64,000 nt of DNA from Elsinoe ampelina (Eukaryota), in the NCBI GenBank assembly GCA_010093995.1, contig ML992506.1, positions 306,832 through 370,831 of the forward strand, given 5' to 3'. Below, one piece after another: positions 39,998-51,232 of this stretch. A program made the translations under genes and the position numbers. The notes beneath the pieces are model-generated. The model made no database searches and was not told the DNA's origin. It saw nothing but the letters and a program-made list of their open reading frames with translations. Each line of letters begins with the position of its first letter. Position 1 is the first letter of the stretch.

Positions 39998-41028
39998 ATG
40001 ACCTCCTCCTCCCCTCCCACCCCCTCCCACCCCCTCCTCCCTCACCTCCTCCCCTGCCCCCCCGGCACAACAATGCACATCCTCACAGTAGGCTACCTCG
40101 AAGCCGACCTCGCCTTCATGATCCGCGGCGCCAACACCTCCACCTACACCACCCGCACCACCCCCTTCATCAACACCCGCCGCCTGATGCCCATGTACTG
40201 CGTCCTCATCTCCCACCCGCACGAAGGCCTCATCCTGTGGGAAACCGGCGGGGGGAAAAACTTCCCCACCGACGTGGGACCGGCGATCGCGGACGTCTTC
40301 ACCCGCGTCAAGTATGAGCCCGAACACGAGCTCGCGGCTGCGATAGCCAAGACGGGACATGATATTGGGGAGGTGAAGAAGGTGGTGTTGGGGCATTTGC
40401 ATATTGATCATGCCGGGGGACTGGAGGATTTTGTGGGCAGGGAGGGGGTGGAGGTTTGGGTGCATGATAAGGAACTTAGGGGGGCGTTTTGGAGTGTGGC
40501 TACGGGCGCGGATGATCAGGTTTATATGGGGCATTGTTTGAGGTTGGATATGTGAGTTGGTGGTGACTGAGAGAGGGGGGGAAGCGGTGCTGATGGCAAG
40601 CAGGAATTGGAAGACGTTTGATGAGGAGAGGTTTGAGCTTTGTCAGGGGATTACGTTGCATCATTTGCCGGGGCATACGGAAGGTACGGTATGATGAGAG
40701 AATGAGACGGGATGGCTGACTGGGGTAGGACTCTGTGCGATGCAGGTCAATCTGCAGGATAGCGGATCTTTTCTGTTCACGTCGGATATGTATCATGTGA
40801 TCGAGAACGTAGGTTTTGATGGACCAAGCATGGAGAAGTGACTGACATGATCAGCTCAGAGATGATAAGCCACAAGGATGGCTGCAGCGAGACCATGTGC
40901 AGTGGTTTCGATCGCATAGGAAAGTGCGGAATCTCCAGCGAACGCAGAGGTGTAGAGTGATACCTGGCCATGATGATGGGACCATTCTGGAAATGCACAA
41001 GGAGAAGCCAGATAACGTGTGGACATGA
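39998..41028 (+). CDS. Metallo-beta-lactamase fold hydrolase, N-acyl-homoserine lactonase (AttM/AiiA)-like (4 exons)
   Basis: LILWETG and HLHIDHAGGL in exon 1; LPGHTEG, FTSDMYH and IPGHD in later exons. Introns ~40552-40603, 40684-40728, 40809-40854. Confidence 0.88.
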
Positions 41029-41210
41029 AGACCCATTGCGGGTGGACATGGAGTTGGCAAAGTGACCATCGAGATCCTGATACGACCTCAAGGGCTGAAT
41101 GCATCGTTCTTGGTGGCGCTATGCTGACAGATGACATGTTTTACATTCCTTCCACACCGTTCCATAGGATCGAACTTTTCCGCCTTGTGCTGGTATGCCT
41201 CTGCTGTCTC

Positions 41211-42174
41211 TTACCTTTCTCCAGCCAATCTTCGCTCCTGTACTTCGCTCAAGGCTCGGCTACCGCTGACAATGGCGACTGCACCAAGAACACCAACAGC
41301 TGGAAGCATCTGGAACAAATTCCAGGTCGTGTAGTACAGGAAGAAAACGCCTTCGATACCGACAATGCTTCCTAGGAAGAGGGCGTGGCTGACAGGCGCC
41401 CCATTGAGAGCCTTGCCGAGATGGTTGAAGTTCGCTCCAAGTGCCAGCCACGCTCCGAGTAGGACTGGAAGTGTGGCAATTACCGCCAGGGTAAAGAACC
41501 CAGAAACTACAAAGGGTGGAGACTTGGGGTCACCTCGGAAGATGTGGTGAATCTCGGGTTGTTTGCCATACCGAAGAGGTGGAGCGGGAATCGAGAGAGG
41601 TGTTGATGAGTCTCTTGAGATCCGAAGAGGGAAAATACGTCCAGTGTATGGCTTGGAGCTGCCGAAGGAGGCGATCGTGAGCTTTGCGGTCAATGCCGAG
41701 TCGGACGTGAGGAACTGGTGTGGAAGGTCTTTCTGGGACTGATATATGTCAGACATGTGTGCGTAGACCAAACTCTTTGGACAACATACGAGATCCAATT
41801 TTGCCTTTCCATTCTCTTTGACGTTCAATGGCCATGATTCCTCCAAGCCTGTCCCTGGCTCGAACAGAGTAAAGAATGCTTGATGTGGTCGCTTAGCGGT
41901 CTTGCCGTCGACAGTGGTCAAGACAATTTTGAGTGAATCGGAGGTACCAAGAGACAATTCCGTTGGTAGTAGTGAGTCCGGTGAGAGGCTGAGCATGTCA
42001 GTAAGGTACCCATATGGCAGGTCAAGCCAATCACCTCTCCTTGGAACCTCCTCCGACGCCTGCGCCCTTTGCTGTGACGGTGACGCTACCATCCTGGAAG
42101 CTCCAGCCAGCAGCAGACACTGCAGTGGCCGCTAAAGTCGATAGACTGAGAAGTCTACTTATTGAGAGATGCAT
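41211..42174 (-). CDS. SWP1: Oligosaccharyltransferase subunit Swp1 / ribophorin II
   Basis: Signal peptide, RPHQAF, RYGKQPEIHHIFRGDPKSPP, three C-terminal TM helices, GSRALSEVQERRLAGER; two introns. Confidence 0.9.
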
Positions 42175-43074
42175 GTTTGACAGCACAATGGATGAGGAGG
42201 AATAGAGCTCCGACTTGTGCTTCGAAGCTCCACGTATGATGCTTGAGTCATGCACAAAAAGACATGTGATCAATGATTGGCTTGTCGAGTCATGCAGGAC
42301 TTCTTCGATATTCGCCGCATCACTGGCAGCATCATGACATGGCAGTCAGATAGCTCGAGGGCTTCTGCTGATGTTGTGGGAGCATGCACGTATCACCATT
42401 TGGGTGACGAAATATCCTAGCAACAGTAGTTTCAGGTATGCAGATGCGTGCTGCTATCAGTAGGCCAAATCGCAACTGCCTGCCGTCCCTTGGCTTGACC
42501 TTGGGCACGAGCTCAGGGATGCGTACAGGTCGCTGCACATGTCGCCATGGGAATATATAGCTCCACATTCCAATTGAGGGCTCTTGATTTATACCGAGAT
42601 CAAATATAGACTATTCAGTGAAGACCAGTAATTTCGCGGACGTGATACCTTGGTTGTCATGCGTAGACGTGCTGAATCCGAAATATGTTGACCTGCTCAT
42701 CTTTCTTCCTTGAATATCCACCTTTGCATACCCAGTTGAAACCCATGAAATGTCGGGGATGTGGAGCCAACAAATACGAATAGCCTCAAGCCTGCCGTCG
42801 CCAGTGAACGGCACGTGATATGTCGCTGTTTAAGGATACGTGCAGGAAGGAGGGCACGTCGGACGGTTTCCCGATGGAGCGGGCAGTGTGCACTTGGAAG
42901 TGGTAGAGCCTTGACATTTGACTTCCGTTGTACTCTACTTCATTTTTCGTAGCACAATCCGTCTCAAAACTAATTCAAAACTCATCACCACCTTTAGCAC
43001 ACATCAACCAGGCATCGATGGAGCTTCTGGATTGACTTGCTGTACACTTCTCACCTCGCCGCGCCTACAACACC

Positions 43075-44631
43075 ATGGCAGGCACGGTCGCCGCTTTGCG
43101 TGGCAAGTCACCTCCCAAGGTCACGGTCCGCCTTGGACGAAGAAAACGTCAAGATTCCGTCAAAGAAGATCAAGATCGAGCCAATGGACAGGCCAAACGT
43201 ATCAAAGTTGACGCTCCTGACCATTCTCATACGGCCCCTGAGGTCTCCCGGCAAGCTCCCGTCGAGAACACTGTCGCTACAACAGAGAATGCCGTACCTG
43301 AAGTCAGACCCAAGAGGAACGCAAATAGGCCAAAGAGGTATTCTGAGGACTCTGAGCCATCCATCCCCGAAAAGCCAATCTCCCCCCCTGCCTCTGGCCC
43401 CAGGATCACATTCAAGCAGAAACCAAAACCAGAAACCAAGGCTTCCGCATCAGACGATGAGGAAGACAAGCCTGCTAGCTACAGCGCCGATTTTCTCATG
43501 AACTACATCGATGACATCCCTCAGCCCGCCACACCAACTCCGAACAAGGAGTCTCAAGTCCCGGCCCCTTGCCGCGTTTCTGCTCCAATTCCAGACAACC
43601 CATACAAGGCCGCCGCCGACTCAGCTCGTCGAGAGTCTGCTCCTGCACACCTTCCAAAGTCCACCAAACCGGCTATTCCTTCACCTCTGGCACACTCTTT
43701 CACCAACGATCCAGCCACCAGATCTCACTACTCTGAGATAGTTGATCGACCGCCCATACAGGATGACGAGACAACCATGATCAGAAAATTGGATGCTGCG
43801 ATATTTTCGCTCTCAAGGCTCAACCTTCCCACCCCTGTCAGTGCTTTGTTTGAGCAGAAAGGGGTGGACAAGCAAGGTGAGCACGAGCACATCATCCTCG
43901 ACGCCAAGAAAGGTACTAATATGTTTGCAGGCTCAGGTGCAGTTCGAGCGAATAGCCTTAACTCACCAGCTCGCCACACTCTACCAACTTCAAGGACAGG
44001 TACACCTGACAACGAGCTCCGAATCCTGATTCACAATGCCGTCAATATGCTCCGTGCCTCTTCGGATGCTAAAGCCAACATGCTGAATATGCAACAACGT
44101 GCGGGCCATAAGCACAAGGTAGATCCTACTATTGGGTCTGCCATGCAAGCCGATAGAGCTGCCATGTCCGCCCTGAAAACTTTGACAAACTCCTCCGCAC
44201 TCAACATCAATTGCCTGGCATCAGCGCAGCGTGCAGGCAAACTATGGACATTGTACCAGTCCCTACTCTTCCTGATCAATCCGCCAGCGCCACACTACAA
44301 CGACCAAATGCCGCCACCTATGAGACGAGTCAGTACTCAATCTCCAGTCCCGATCCCCTCTGATTTCAGCAAGACGCCATCTCGCAATGGGACCCCGCAC
44401 ACTCATGGCACCATCGAGGGAGTCGTTGATAACTTCAAGACCCACGAAAATCGAGGAGCGACAGGACCAGCACCGCCTCATCAATTTCTACTTCGCGAGC
44501 AGCAGCAATCTCCAAAACCACCCGTCGATAGCCAAAGGTCGAAGAGCAGCAGCATGCCTCCTCCTCCCATCCCAGCTCCTCGTGGTCCTCAACGAAACCT
44601 TCCAGCGCCGCCAACAGTGTCAGCTCGCTAG
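43075..44631 (+). CDS. Hypothetical Pro/Ser-rich protein
   Basis: 518-aa ORF with basic N-terminal clusters and a central helical segment; probable in-frame intron 43877-43930 (GTGAG...TACTAAT...CAG). Confidence 0.6.
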   Translation: MAGTVAALRGKSPPKVTVRLGRRKRQDSVKEDQDRANGQAKRIKVDAPDHSHTAPEVSRQAPVENTVATTENAVPEVRPKRNANRPKRYSEDSEPSIPEKPISPPASGPRITFKQKPKPETKASASDDEEDKPASYSADFLMNYIDDIPQPATPTPNKESQVPAPCRVSAPIPDNPYKAAADSARRESAPAHLPKSTKPAIPSPLAHSFTNDPATRSHYSEIVDRPPIQDDETTMIRKLDAAIFSLSRLNLPTPVSALFEQKGVDKQGEHEHIILDAKKGTNMFAGSGAVRANSLNSPARHTLPTSRTGTPDNELRILIHNAVNMLRASSDAKANMLNMQQRAGHKHKVDPTIGSAMQADRAAMSALKTLTNSSALNINCLASAQRAGKLWTLYQSLLFLINPPAPHYNDQMPPPMRRVSTQSPVPIPSDFSKTPSRNGTPHTHGTIEGVVDNFKTHENRGATGPAPPHQFLLREQQQSPKPPVDSQRSKSSSMPPPPIPAPRGPQRNLPAPPTVSAR

Positions 44632-45233
44632 TATCACACTGCCACTATTCCCATCACAAGCACAAAGAGGGGCGAGGGTCTCCTTTCAGCATCTCCAATG
44701 CGATCACGCAAACCTCAGCGGCCAGCATAGATCGAGCCAGCATCACTTCAAAACGCACGGCTACCGCTAGCAAGCTTCAAAGTTCGCGAGCATGGGGCTT
44801 GATTCACAGCAGAAGGCATCTGCTTTTTACTTTCGTCATTGACAGATCTTCAATAAGATCCATACACAGGAGTATCGGTGGATCAAAAGGGCTCAAAACA
44901 ATGGGCATACTTGGAGTACGGCACAGCTTTCAGCATTCTAGTGCATGGAAATGCATTATGGAGTGGATATCCTGGGTAGTTTGCATTGTCGTAATAGATG
45001 CATCTTGGAATCTAGGCTTGCCAGACTCGATTCTATGTCCGTTCTCGTGCCCTTCTCGTACATTTGTGGCCTTTGTCCATCACCTCCCCAGCGGCCTTGG
45101 TATGGCTCTCTATGTGTCGCCGTTCCCGATTTCCTCCTTCCAACATCCCTGCTGCTTCGCTTCCACCTTGTTGAGCGTCTCCTGCCGTGCGCCCTCGTCG
45201 CATGAACATCAAGTGATCTCGATTCTACCCCTC

Positions 45234-45974
45234 TCACCCTTGCCTAATAAAAGTCAGCATTGGTCTAGCCACTGTCTGTACGTTTCAGTCCCAAGCTCCT
45301 TTTCGCCTCCAGCTCGCCCACAGCCTACAACCATCACTGATCTCCAATCCACCCTTCCTCCCTCGTTCCACACTCTCCCTCAATCTTCCAATCAGCCCTC
45401 CTGTGCTTGCCCCTTCCATTTTGTTTCCCCACCTGCTCCGCCCTCCATCTCCATCTCCCTACCCGATTCCCCATCTCTATATCCCCCTCCTGTCTCCACC
45501 ATCCCCTTCTTTCTTCCTCTCTCGTCCTCCCCCTTCCATCCACCCCTTCCCTCCACCATCCACTCCCTCCCACTCAAGGTGTAAGGAACACAAAACTCAC
45601 CTCTGCTTATGCTTCGGATTCTTGCTGCATATAATGTAGACGTACTTCCCTCCCTTGCGCCGCACGCTCTTGCACCCGTCGCATAGCTTCTTGACTGAGC
45701 TGCGGACTTTCATCCCTCTTACTCCTCCTAGTAATGATGCGATGTTCGATGAAGCGGAGGGATGGGATTGTGGTCGGGATAATGATAGGGTGGTCTGTGG
45801 TATCGAGGGCAGGGTGGTGGCATTTGTGGAGGAGTGGGTGGTTCGGAGGAGGGTGCTGAAGTGGGATTGGCTGGATGGTTGGGGGCGAGGTATGCGGCGG
45901 CAGAGAGCTGATGCGACCTGTCCGGAGCGAGGAGGAGGGCCGGTGAGGCGGGGGAGGAGTGCTGCGAAAGACAT
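45234..45974 (-). CDS. Mitochondrial ribosomal protein bL36m
   Basis: Targeting presequence, then [38 protein letters not shown]; intron 45244-45600 supplies the final QG*. Confidence 0.92.
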
Positions 45975-46234
45975 GGTGGTGGTGTGTGGGACTGGAAGGT
46001 GGATGGAGATTTCTTGATGATGAGGTCGAGGTTTGGGCTTGGCGTTTTGAGATGGAGGTGCACGTGAATTCCCGTCACGGCTTTGATTGAGCAAAGACAC
46101 CTATCTTGGTCGTTCATTGGGAGATTACGAGAGGATTTGCTTGTTGATCTGAAGATTGATAACTGTGTTCTGCAATCAAGATAGACTACATCCTTTCCCA
46201 ATGCACTTCTATTCCAACATATTTCCGTCCACGC

Positions 46235-48045
46235 TTACAGCTTCATCCCCAAGGCTTGATTCACCTTCAAGCTCTGCCTGATACTCAAATCCAACATGAT
46301 CTCCTCACTTCCACCAGGGATAGCATAAGCCCTGACGTCCCTGTAAAGTCGCTCGACCTTAGCACCCTGTCCGCCTCGCGAGTAACTCAGTCCACCGAAA
46401 ATCTGACTTGCTTCTCTGGCGCAGAACTCGAATGTGACTGTAGCTTGGGCCTTGAGACCGGCTATGGCCCCACCGAGCTTCAACATGGCCTCGACATCGT
46501 TCATGGTGTTGCATTGGAAGATGAGGTTCTCGAGCCACGCGTACGAAGCTTCGATCTGGCGGTACATGTGAGCGAGCTTGAGGCGAATGACGGGGTGGTC
46601 GATGAGCTTCTTTCCGAACGTGCGGCGCTTGTGAGCGTACTTCATCGATTCTTCGTAGCAGACGCGGGAGAAGCGGAGGCATTGGATGATGATGCCGATA
46701 CGTTCGTGGCTGGAAGACGTTAGCGACTGTGGATATGGGAAGTTTGAGGGTGCTCACTTGAAGTTGGTCATGATGACCTTGAAGCCTTGGTTTTCCTTGC
46801 CAATCAAGTTCTCGACTGGCACCTTGACATCTTCAAATGTCACGTAGGTGGTGCCTGACGACCAAACACCCTGGCAGTCCATCTTGCGGGTGGAGACACC
46901 GCCAAAGTCCCTCTCGATGAGAAGAACAGAGACACCATTCATACCCTCACCTCCAGTACGGACGGCGGTGGTGAAGTAGTCGCACCAGATACCGTTTGTG
47001 ATCCACTTCTTCTCGCCGTTTACGATGTAGTGCTTGCCGTCTTCGCTGAGCTTAGCTTCGCAGGTCAAGTTGGCGACATCAGATCCGGCATCTGGCTCGG
47101 TGATTGCAAGACAGATACGCTTGTCACCGTTCAGGATGCCAGGCATAATGCGCTCGATCAAGGGCTTCTTGCCGTGCTTGAGGACTGGGGGTCCGCCGAT
47201 ACCGAAGCCACCGATCAAGTTCCAAACGAACCCGCCGGAGCCGCCACGTGAGAGCTCATCGGTAAGGAGGAGCTCGTGGAAAAGATCCCACTTCTCAGGA
47301 GGTACTGCCGCAACACGGTTCTCTGTGATGTGGGTGGGGTAGTGCACGCCCATCAAACCGGCGAGATATCCCTTCTTTCCCATGGCCTTGTAGATCTCAT
47401 CAGGCACCTTCTTGGCCTCATCCCACTCGGTGATGTATGGCATAACGTCTGACTCCATCCATTCTCGGACTTCAGCACGAAGGTCGGCGTGAGATTGGTT
47501 GAAGTAGGGGGAGTGGTACTTGATGCCGTCAGCTCGGGTCTTTTCTGGTTGTACGGATGGTCACTCACAGCTTGGTACCAGCTTGGATCACCACCTGGAA
47601 TCATGTCACCATATTGATCAAGCATCTCTAGCTCTTGCTTCGCCGCCGGGCCAGGGGCCACGGAGCCCGTACCAGCCTCAGCTTGCGGCTTGACGGCTTC
47701 CTTCTTTTTTTGCGGTGGTGGTGTCGCGGGAGGAGTGGGAGGAGCTGCGGCTTTCTTGCTGCTCAGAGAGCCGACCTGGAGGTCCTTCTGGTACTTCTTG
47801 AGGATTCCCTCATTGTGGTACTTCCAGAACTGCTTGGAGGCGTCTTTACCGGCAACGCGCTGGAGGATCTTCTTTCCACCAGGGTGCTCATCCTGCGGCA
47901 TGTCAGATCAATGATGCGAGCTCACCGACGCGATTCGACTGACCTGGAATTTGGTCAAGTCGTAAACATCCTCGTCGACGATGATCCATAAGGAGTCGGG
48001 CTTGTTATGCGACTTGACGTCTGCTTCGGAGAATCTACCAGACAT
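46235..48045 (-). CDS. Acyl-CoA dehydrogenase with an N-terminal cytochrome b5-like domain
   Basis: WIIVDEDVYDLTKFQDEHPGG; CLAITEPDAGSDVA, NGEKKWITNG, QIFGGLSY, ERLYRDVR, GGSEEI; three introns. Confidence 0.94.
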
Positions 48046-48842
48046 GATTACGAGATGGGTACAGATGAATGGAGTACAAGGAATGGAGAAAGGGATGACA
48101 GGAGAAAAGGTTGGATAAGTGCAAGGAGAAATAGAATGGCCGTGAGTGGGCAGAGCTGTTAGACGAGTTCGGTACAACAGGCTGGAGCTGCCTCGGTCTC
48201 TGCTTTCACATGTCACGCCCACGCAACTCCACAATCGGCCTCGTGAGCAACTTGGGGCCCCCGGAATTTCTTGGACGCCACGGAACCACCGCGATTGACT
48301 CTACGGCCCGTTCGATGTTGCTCGGGGGTGCTTTGTCTGTCTCAGTGTGCTGTGGTCTGTGTCCGGAGCTCGTCTGCTGTGCGCACGCCCCTTGCCAGCT
48401 CAAGGGATGAGTGAACGGTCGAGAATGAGACAGAAAAACGTCGACGCTCATTCGCCAGTTCCAGATCTCGAGCCGAGGCTCATCTCGCATATGGAGTTGC
48501 CAAGCAAAGGGCAGAGAAGTGAATGTCCGGGGAAATATCCGTGCAGAATGGAGAACATTCCTCGGCCAATGTTGAGAACAGGTGTCGAAAAGTTTCCGAC
48601 ATGGCTCGAGCAATCTGTATGCTTCCTTGAGACGCACCTGACGAGGGAGCCTGCCGATGTCAAGGAGGCTCTCCCAAGCCGGCAATTGTAGACTGCGGGG
48701 TTCATGAAGAGCCTCAAGGTGGGCGCATTGCATCATTTCCTTCTTCCTCTGGCACCGATCTTGATCTTTCAAGCTTGACCACAGATATCCAAAGAGCAGG
48801 CATCGAACCACCCGATATCACCTCGACTACTGTCTCAACACC

Positions 48843-49226
48843 ATGGCCACCGACATCGTCTACGTTCCTTCGCCGAATCGCACTCAAGCCTCCGGAGGAC
48901 AGACCTCTGGCATGACCCGGACCAACGCCATAGCCGGACAAGCCTCTATCAATGCCTCGATCATGACCGCTGCCCCGCGAACGAGCTCGGGGGTACACCA
49001 CCACGGCGAGCAGGATACGATCATCTATGCGCTGAGCGGGAAGGGCTCGGTCCTGACAGAAGGTGGGAAGAAGAGAGTGGATCTTGGTCCTGGTGATTTT
49101 TGCCTCATACCCAAGGGCTTGGAGCATCAAGAGGTCAATGATAGCGATGAAGAGGTGGTATGGGTTATCACTCGGTCAGGAGACTCGGCGAATGTGGTCA
49201 ATGTGGATAATTGGACAAAGCCATGA
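48843..49226 (+). CDS. Cupin (RmlC-like) domain protein
   Basis: SGVHHHGEQDTIIY and LGPGDFCLIPKGLEHQEVN metal-binding motifs. Confidence 0.88.
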   Translation: MATDIVYVPSPNRTQASGGQTSGMTRTNAIAGQASINASIMTAAPRTSSGVHHHGEQDTIIYALSGKGSVLTEGGKKRVDLGPGDFCLIPKGLEHQEVNDSDEEVVWVITRSGDSANVVNVDNWTKP

Positions 49227-49395
49227 GTCGAAGGATACAATTTGACCATCTTCACACCACTTGATTTCTTGGGATCAGATACCTTGATCTCTTGGGATCA
49301 AATACCTTGATCGCCAATGCTTTGCTCGAAGAACGCTCGCAAGCCCTTGCGTCATGCACTAGGCGATGCATTGAGCTGGACTCGCCATGTAAGAA

Positions 49396-50091
49396 TCAAT
49401 TTAAGGAAGAGCTGCCCGTCGTATCCCATACACACGTTACGATGCCAGGGAGTGATGCATGCTTCATGACCATGGAAATCCGTCCCGACGTCGCACTCCT
49501 CCACCGAGCAAAGGGACTTGACAAACTTGCGGGAGGTTCCAATGGCAGCCCCGCGTCTGGCTTCCTGGACCATATTGATTCGTCGTCGACGACGTGTACG
49601 ACCGGCATACGTTGGTAGTGTTCGGTACGAGCCTTGAGAATCGTCTTCATCGTGCATCCATCCTCGTTGCATGTTGTGGGCGTCCAAGGGCGATACGCTA
49701 ATGCTTGATGCTTTCCAAATGCGGATTTGGTCGTGAAGAATTCCCTATTACGCCACTCATCCCTCCCGGGGCATTGGCGGCTGACGTAGACCTTCTTCTG
49801 GGGCTTGACTGGCATCTCGGCCAAGTCTGCTGTACCCGTGCACTGCGAGGAGTCTGGCGTCGACTTACGATTCTCCGCATGCGCTGCAATCAAATGTGAG
49901 TCGCGAAGTAGGATCGCTGCCGCGTCCCATGGCGCTTTTTCACGGTACTCTGGTGATGTCGCTGGTCTCTTTCCAGCAGACCATGTTGATCTTGAATAAC
50001 CACACCATGAAGTCGCTGGGAATTTAACTCGGCCAGCCCATACCGGACTGTCCGGCTTGATGCCAGTCGTCTCTTCCATCTCTGACATCAC
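49396..50091 (-). other. Possible degenerate Zn-finger-like hypothetical ORF
   Basis: Segments QCPG...FTTKSAFGKH and WTPTTCNEDGC...H resemble eroded C2H2-type repeats; no reliable gene model. Confidence 0.25.
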
Positions 50092-51232
50092 AGCATCGAG
50101 TCACGGTCACTCATGGTTGTCGTGGCAGTAGGACTCGAGTAGTGTGTCATATGGAGGTACATGTGCCTTATCGTGCGGGAAGTGTTGAATACAGTGAGAG
50201 ACTTACCTCGCATTGATCCAGAACCCTGACGACCACAACTTGACCAATAGTGAATACTTCAATTCCCCAAATTCGAGTCTGAAAGGCTGCATTTTGCTTT
50301 CCGCTTCAAGGTATGATGGTTGCATTGCAGGGTCCTTGACCGCGCAGGACATTCAACGAGGGTGGTTGAGGACTGCTGTATGGCAGGCTCAGACCTGGCC
50401 TCCAAGATTGATCAGACGTGACTCGATGCCAGACACATGCCTGGAAAGTCGCAACCCACGTGGACAGAGATGGTTGAAGGTCAACGGTCAAACGCGACCA
50501 GATGGAGATCGTTGGAAGGAAAAGCGCGACGTTTTGTGCCTTGCCCCGCGATCACACATTGTCGGGTCACAATCGAAGCGCGTCTTGGAAAAAGGGTCCG
50601 GTCTCGAAGCGCGCGGGTTGGTGCGAGACCTGCGAGTGGGCAGATCTTGGTGTGTGGGTCGGACCTCATCCACTCATTTGACACCCTTTGCACCAGGCGC
50701 ATTCTGTCAAACCTCCTCTGTCGCATCTTCACCCTTGCTTGCGTTGTTTGCCACTCCTGCTATCGTCTCTGAACAGCCCTTGAGACCCGTGGATCAAAAC
50801 CGATTGACTTCCGGCTCTTCTCATCGCTACCACTATTTAGGCCGCAAACAAACCCTGGATATCAGTGTTGGAATATTGTTCCGAAGGTGAGTAGACTCCT
50901 GAAGTGACACTGCATGCAGTGAAGCAAGGAGACGACACCCTCCGCACCATAGACTGTAAACATGCGACTACTCTGCCGCGCAGCGCCAGAAAGGGACATC
51001 CCTTTGTTCCCAAGTCCAGACTCGCCCAACGTGCCAGGTCAGCAGATGTTCACGAAAGCCAATTCACCTAGCACTGTCGACCGATTCTCGACCTTTGGGA
51101 GCATGTGAAGTCCACAAGCCCGACCGCTACCGACAGCCTGGGACGACCTCCCGGGACCTCACTTCACACCTCAAATTCCTTCATTCCTCCCCATTGCATT
51201 CTGCAGCGCTGTCAATAGTCAGATTGACTAAC

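Noticed and set aside
44799..45584. 261-aa Pro/Ser-rich plus-strand ORF
   Set aside because: Largely antisense to the purine-rich bL36m intron; low complexity explains the lack of stops.
33154..49226. Possible catabolic gene cluster (maleylacetate reductase, lactonase, acyl-CoA dehydrogenase, cupin)
   Set aside because: The genes are interspersed with housekeeping genes (MARVEL, SWP1, bL36m), and I saw no dioxygenase, pathway regulator or transporter among them.
50213..50890. 225-aa ORF upstream of the kelch gene
   Set aside because: Non-ATG start and no motif; more likely promoter or 5' UTR, ending at a GTGAGT donor-like site.
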